In this document: piece by piece, positions 59,571-64,000 of the stretch
Position numbering within the stretch: position 1 is the stretch's first letter
Layout of the letters: every line of letters begins with the position of its first letter
Assembly: GCA_002419055.1 (NCBI GenBank)
Contig: DIFI01000021.1
Location: 24,102 to 88,101, forward strand
DNA length: 64,000 nt
Reading direction: 5' to 3'
Origin: Peptococcaceae bacterium UBA5752
GTDB taxonomy: Bacteria > Bacillota > Dehalobacteriia > UBA4068
Translations under genes and position numbers: made by a program
The notes under the pieces: generated by a model
Databases searched by the model: none
What the model saw: the letters and a program-made list of their open reading frames with translations, nothing else
Told to the model about the DNA's origin: nothing

Positions 59571-60302
59571 ATGAAATTCATCGAAAATTGTCGTCAGTGG
59601 ATTAAAGATCATATTCTACTACATATACCGCAGCTACCGGACAGATACCGCAATCTAATTGTCGGCTTGCTGGTGGCAGCAGCGCTGTTTGGTTGTTATT
59701 ATTTGGTTTCGGATACAGGCAGTATGGACACAGCCTCGGTAGAACAGGCAATTGTAAATACCTTTACAGCCGAAAGCTATACTTTCAAAAGCCGCTCCGT
59801 TGTTTATATTAATGAGGAAGAGCGTGTTTTCGCGGTAATAAGCGGCGAAAAGTCAGGTGAAAACCGCCATGTTTCCGGTAGCGTGCTTGGCACCGCGCTT
59901 AATATTTATTATGTCGACGGACAGCTTTATCAGCAGGACGCCATCGACGGCGATTGGCTGCGAATCAGCGGTGATTGGGGCAATGTCACCATGCTGTTGG
60001 CGGAGACCGACCCCCAAACGAATTTTAATTTTGAACAGTTGGGAGAAGTCGTAATCCAGGGCCATGAGCAGGTAGAAGGGCAGAGAACAGTCAAAGTCTC
60101 CTGTTCTCCTGTATTATCCGACGTCTGGATCGAGGAATATTTTTCCGATATCAATTATACGCTTTGGATTTCTACACGCAGCAATTATTTGATTAAGGCC
60201 GAGATTACCGCTGTCTTGCGCGAAGATCCCAATGCCTCACTGATGATTGAAAACTACTTCGCCGATTTCGGCGATAAAATCACTATCAATGCACCTATTT
60301 AA
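59571..60302 (+). CDS. Hypothetical membrane-anchored or secreted protein
   Basis: AAGGAGG RBS. One N-terminal TM. Confidence 0.55.
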   Translation: MKFIENCRQWIKDHILLHIPQLPDRYRNLIVGLLVAAALFGCYYLVSDTGSMDTASVEQAIVNTFTAESYTFKSRSVVYINEEERVFAVISGEKSGENRHVSGSVLGTALNIYYVDGQLYQQDAIDGDWLRISGDWGNVTMLLAETDPQTNFNFEQLGEVVIQGHEQVEGQRTVKVSCSPVLSDVWIEEYFSDINYTLWISTRSNYLIKAEITAVLREDPNASLMIENYFADFGDKITINAPI

Positions 60303-60483
60303 TTAATATTTAAAATAAAATATGTTATACATATTGATCCACAGTGTAAAAGTGATAGAGAGTTATCTTGAAATGGGACTCGCTATTACTTTTTCGTAAA
60401 AATAAGAAGGTAAAGCAATGTTTATGGATAAATATTAGACTAGATAATTACCTGTTTAATTGCATATAAAAAAGAGGATTTTT

Positions 60484-60897
60484 ATGAAAAAGAGAAATAA
60501 GATATTATTGACTATCCTAATAATAATTATCGCAGTTGTATGTATTGGGTCTATAGTATATTATAATATTGAAGCAAAATTAAATAACCTTGCCGATTTG
60601 CCTATATCGGATGTCGATTTAACAAAGTTAGATGACGGTGTTTATAGCGGCAGTTATAGTACATTTCCCATTACCGCTGAGGTGAAAGTGATAATTAAAG
60701 ACCATCAAATAACAAAAATAGATCTTGTCAAGCATACCAATGGCCAGGGGCAGGCAGCTGAAGTATTGCCGGGGAGAGTTGTTGAAGCTCAGTCATTGGA
60801 TGTGGATGCGATAACAGGAGCTACATATAGCAGCAAAGTAATCTTAAAAGCAATAGAAAATGCATTGAATAGTGACGTAGTGACGGCAAATAGATAG
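60484..60897 (+). CDS. Membrane-anchored FMN-binding-domain protein
   Basis: ATG 60484 after AGAGGA. N-terminal TM. DAITGATYSSKVILKAIENAL. Confidence 0.65.
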   Translation: MKKRNKILLTILIIIIAVVCIGSIVYYNIEAKLNNLADLPISDVDLTKLDDGVYSGSYSTFPITAEVKVIIKDHQITKIDLVKHTNGQGQAAEVLPGRVVEAQSLDVDAITGATYSSKVILKAIENALNSDVVTANR

Positions 60898-60899
60898 GA

Positions 60900-61385
60900 T
60901 TGAGGAGGTCGCTTATGAAAATAGGTATAATTATTCATTCCGCAACAGGCAATACGTATGCTGTAGCGCAAAAACTTCAGCAAAAACTAATAGCGGCAGG
61001 TTATGAGGCAGAGATCGAAAAATTAGAATCTAGCGGCGGCGAGCAAACGGATAAAAATAAAATCCGCCTTGAAAAAATACCGGAAATCGAAAAGTATGAT
61101 GCTTTTGTATTCGGCGGTCCGGTCAGAGGATTTTCGATTTCTCCGGTATTGTCAGCTTTTTTGAATGAGGTTAAAAATTTTCATGGTAAAAAGGCCGCTT
61201 GCATGGTTACTCAATCTTTTTCAAGCCCCCGTTTAGGTGGAAACCGTACAATTAAACAGATCCAAGAGCTTTGTGAATCCAAAGGAGCAAAGATCATAGA
61301 AACCGGTATTGTTAATTGGAACAATCCCCGGCGCGAAAGTATGATTTACGATGTAGTAGAAAAGATAAGCAAATCATTCAAATAA
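60900..61385 (+). CDS. Flavodoxin-like protein
   Basis: MKIGIIIHSATGNTYAVAQ flavodoxin P-loop. GGAGG RBS. Confidence 0.7.
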   Translation: MRRSLMKIGIIIHSATGNTYAVAQKLQQKLIAAGYEAEIEKLESSGGEQTDKNKIRLEKIPEIEKYDAFVFGGPVRGFSISPVLSAFLNEVKNFHGKKAACMVTQSFSSPRLGGNRTIKQIQELCESKGAKIIETGIVNWNNPRRESMIYDVVEKISKSFK

Positions 61386-61391
61386 TATTAA

Positions 61392-61994
61392 TTAGTTAGC
61401 CTTGTTTACTAAAAAGCTATAAACTTTTATTTCATCAGATGAATTGACAGTTAGTACTACATCAATAACATTTATTTTATCTGAATCGTACATTGTAACT
61501 AAGTATTTGTTCTCTTCTATTTTTTGTGGTGCTTTGATAAAGAAAGGCTTTTTATCTTTACTTAATTCCGCTAATTTAACAACCTGATTCCCTCCATAGT
61601 TATAAGATGCCTCGTTAGTGTCCGATAGAGCCTGCTCTATTTCCGCCATAAGTTTGGTGTCTGAATATGCTTTTACATATTCGAGGTCATCTATGTATGC
61701 TTCTATGTAGAAGCGAACAGCTATTGCCATTAACCTTTCAGATAAATTGGATGAGATTTCTTGATAGCTTTCTCCTAAAAAAGTCATTTTTTCGCCACTT
61801 ACTTCAACAAGGGGAAATTCAGCGCAATTAACAACTTCATAGGATTCAAATTCTTCAATTTTAGTTTTACTATCATCTAATGCCGGTTTGTTTTCATCTT
61901 GAGGGGTAACATTCTCCGAGCTTGTATTATTGGTACAACCGTTAAGCAACAAGAGCATAATTATAATCAATAGCCCAAACAAAAATTTTCTCAT
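61392..61994 (-). CDS. Hypothetical lipoprotein
   Basis: Lipobox LLLLNGC. Confidence 0.55.
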   Translation of the reverse strand: MRKFLFGLLIIIMLLLLNGCTNNTSSENVTPQDENKPALDDSKTKIEEFESYEVVNCAEFPLVEVSGEKMTFLGESYQEISSNLSERLMAIAVRFYIEAYIDDLEYVKAYSDTKLMAEIEQALSDTNEASYNYGGNQVVKLAELSKDKKPFFIKAPQKIEENKYLVTMYDSDKINVIDVVLTVNSSDEIKVYSFLVNKAN

Positions 61995-62111
61995 AATCCC
62001 TCCGGTATGATATTTATCTAAGTTACTTACTCATTGATATAAATATGACAACTCGCTCATTAAAAAAGTTTCACAAATTGCTTTGCCAAGCGGATTAAAG
62101 CTTAATTAAAA

Positions 62112-62139
62112 AGGGGAGCGGATAAATATACCCGCTCCC
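62112..62139 (-). terminator. Terminator hairpin (GGGAGCGG...CCGCTCCC)
   Basis: 8-bp G/C stem immediately 3' of the acyl-CoA synthetase stop. Confidence 0.5.
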
Positions 62140-62153
62140 TTAAATATTGATTT

Positions 62154-63716
62154 TTAAAAAGCAACAACGCAACCGTGGCAATACTGCTGGCGCAGCCGCG
62201 GTTTTTCTATTTTGCCGGTGGCATTGCGCGGCACATCGGCAAAGATGATTTGGCGCGGCCGTTTGTAGCGAGGCAGCTGCTGACAAAATTCTTTGATATC
62301 GGCTTCGCTGCAAGATGCGTTATTTTTTAGCTCAATGATCGCGGCCACGATCTCGCCGAGTCTTTGGTCAGGCAGGCCGATTACCGCCACGTCTTTGATC
62401 GCCGGATGACTGTGGAGGAAATCTTCTATCTGCACCGGGAAGATATTTTCGCCGCCGCAGATCACCACGTCTTTTTTACGGTCGACCAGATAGATAAAAC
62501 CGTCATTGTCAATACGCGCCATATCGCCTGTATAGAGCCAGCCGTTTTTGATTGCAGCGGCAGTAGCCTTTGCGTCTTTGTAGTAGCCTTTCATAACGCC
62601 GGGGCCTTTAATCAGCAGCTCGCCGACGTTACCGTCGGGTACGGGTTTGCCTTCCTTATCCGCCACGATGGCCTGCCAGCTGTAGCCGGGTTTACCGATA
62701 GCGCCGACTTTATGAATATTCTCGATGCCCAGATGTACGCAGCCGGGGCCGGTCGATTCGCTTAGTCCGTAATTGGTATCATAGAGATGATGCGGAAAGA
62801 CCTCTTTCCAGCGCAGTATCAGGCTCGGCGGTACCGGTTGAGCGCCGATATGCATCAAGCGCCATTGGTCGAGTTGGTAATTTTTAAGGTTAACTTCGCC
62901 GCATTCGATCGCGTCCAGTATATCCTGCGCCCAGGGAACCAGCAGCCAAACAACGGTGATTTTTTCCGCTGAGACAGCCTCAAGTATCCATTGCGGCCGT
63001 ACGCCGCGCAGCAGCACCGCGCGACTGCCGGAGATGAGGCTACCGAACCAGTGCATTTTGGCGCCGGTATGATAAAGCGGCGGTATGCAGAGGAAGTTGT
63101 CTTTGCGCGTCTGGCCATGATGCTTCTGCTCGGTGACGCAGGCCGACATCAGGCTGGCATGAGTATGTAAAATCGCTTTGGGAAAGCCGGTAGTTCCGGA
63201 GGTGAAATAGAGCGCGGCATTATCGTCGTCGGTCAGTTTCATATCAACCGGTGCGGAGGAGGCCTTTTCCATCAGCTTGCTGTAACTTTCGCAAAAGTCG
63301 GGCGTATTGGCTCCGACAAAAATAAATTTTTTCACTTTCGGTATCTGCTTTTTGACCGCTGTCACCCGTTCCACAAATTCCGGCCCGAAGACCAGTATCT
63401 TGGCATCGCAGATATTGAGGCAGTCGCGAATCTCATCCGAGATGTAGCGGAAATTGAAAGGCGAGGCCAACGCTCCTGTTTTAATGACGCCAAAGTAGAT
63501 CGGCAGCCATTCAAGGCAGTTGGTCATTAAGATAGCCACTTTATCGCCCTTTTTGATGCCTTTGGAAATCAGTACGTTGGCGAAACGGTTGGCGTCATCT
63601 TCAAATTGGCGCCATGTTATAGTACGGCGGCTGCCAACCGCCGGATCTCTTTCGATCAGGCTGATTTCCTCGCCGTATAGCTCGGCGTTACGAGTCAAAA
63701 AATTAGTAATAGGCAT
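62154..63716 (-). CDS. AMP-dependent acyl-CoA synthetase/ligase
   Basis: AMP-binding motif FTSGTTGFPKA, GELLIKG, GDMARID. ATG 63716 after GGAGG. Confidence 0.85.
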   Translation of the reverse strand: MPITNFLTRNAELYGEEISLIERDPAVGSRRTITWRQFEDDANRFANVLISKGIKKGDKVAILMTNCLEWLPIYFGVIKTGALASPFNFRYISDEIRDCLNICDAKILVFGPEFVERVTAVKKQIPKVKKFIFVGANTPDFCESYSKLMEKASSAPVDMKLTDDDNAALYFTSGTTGFPKAILHTHASLMSACVTEQKHHGQTRKDNFLCIPPLYHTGAKMHWFGSLISGSRAVLLRGVRPQWILEAVSAEKITVVWLLVPWAQDILDAIECGEVNLKNYQLDQWRLMHIGAQPVPPSLILRWKEVFPHHLYDTNYGLSESTGPGCVHLGIENIHKVGAIGKPGYSWQAIVADKEGKPVPDGNVGELLIKGPGVMKGYYKDAKATAAAIKNGWLYTGDMARIDNDGFIYLVDRKKDVVICGGENIFPVQIEDFLHSHPAIKDVAVIGLPDQRLGEIVAAIIELKNNASCSEADIKEFCQQLPRYKRPRQIIFADVPRNATGKIEKPRLRQQYCHGCVVAF

Positions 63717-64000
63717 TTTCTGTTTCCTCCTTGAATACGGCAGCGCTCTAATAAAAAACAGCTTTCGTGAAGGAAAGCTGCACAAATTAGACTATTGCAC
63801 CTACCGCTTTGCCATCCTTCGTTTTATTAGATGATTTCAAATCTCTGTTTTACTTTTCGGCGAATGCCGAAACCTACGGCTGATATTATATCAGATAATA
63901 TCAAATTTGTGAAGAGGTTTGCTAAATTTTTGTCTATTTGCCAATATCTACTAATATTATATGATCAAATTCTCTAATATACCATTTAATCTTGTTCATT

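Overview
This 64-kb window comes from a low-to-mid GC Firmicutes-type chromosome. The housekeeping gene order rimP-nusA-ylxR-ylxQ-infB-rbfA-nrnA-truB/ribF-rpsO-pnp indicates this, and three proteins carrying S-layer-homology (SLH) triplets suggest a Negativicutes-like or clostridial cell envelope.

The first ~21 kb is an accessory-looking surface-protein locus. It encodes nine or ten co-directional secreted proteins: a lipoprotein and an N-terminally anchored membrane protein; a 640-aa protein ending in a C-terminal membrane (TM) anchor; and an ExbB/TolQ-like plus ExbD/TolR-like pair embedded in the cluster. It also encodes an SLH protein with four Big_2 domains, a purple-acid-phosphatase-like metallophosphoesterase with a dockerin, a protein carrying both a cohesin-like domain and a dockerin, and a 2630-aa giant protein. 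The giant protein has a cohesin-like domain, two ~137-aa tandem repeats, a Gly-rich beta-helix, two GLUG modules, Ig-like repeats, a second cohesin-like domain and a dockerin. The locus ends with a cohesin + 3xSLH anchoring protein.

A conserved ~100-aa secreted domain recurs eight times across seven of these proteins. Its core is YS.ID...GV.L..LL...F...DG...RYYYP, and it distantly resembles the sulfite-oxidase/YedY fold but has no conserved Mo-ligating cysteine.

Together this looks like a cellulosome-style (cohesin-dockerin) surface assembly with no glycoside hydrolases, coupled to a proton-motive-force (pmf) transducer. I consider it the most novel system in the window.

Downstream lie an intact tRNA-Val(GAC) and a decayed copy of its 3' half, which flank a 1.4-kb islet holding a SodC-like gene and a lipase_3 gene. 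Then come ftcD and a third SLH protein, followed by the nusA-infB-pnp core.

An iron-sulfur flavoprotein gene (NADPH-dependent FMN reductase family) follows, then a C1/glycine module (gcvT-gcvH-gcvPA-gcvPB, a lipoate-protein ligase, fhs) and a birA-bioY operon with a clear operator palindrome.

Next is coaX, followed by a soluble protein with an MCP (methyl-accepting chemotaxis protein) signalling domain. That gene is bracketed by a ~150-bp duplication of the coaX 3' end plus terminator.

The remaining genes are a DUF1015 protein, yifB/comM, dusB, an ECF transporter (S, fused AA' and T components) with a DUF169 protein, and two membrane-anchored FMN-binding-domain proteins plus a flavodoxin. 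The window ends with hpt, a GIY-YIG protein, lipoproteins and an acyl-CoA synthetase.

I found no CRISPR array, transposase or integrase. All calls rest on reading the six-frame translations and motifs by eye; no database search was run.
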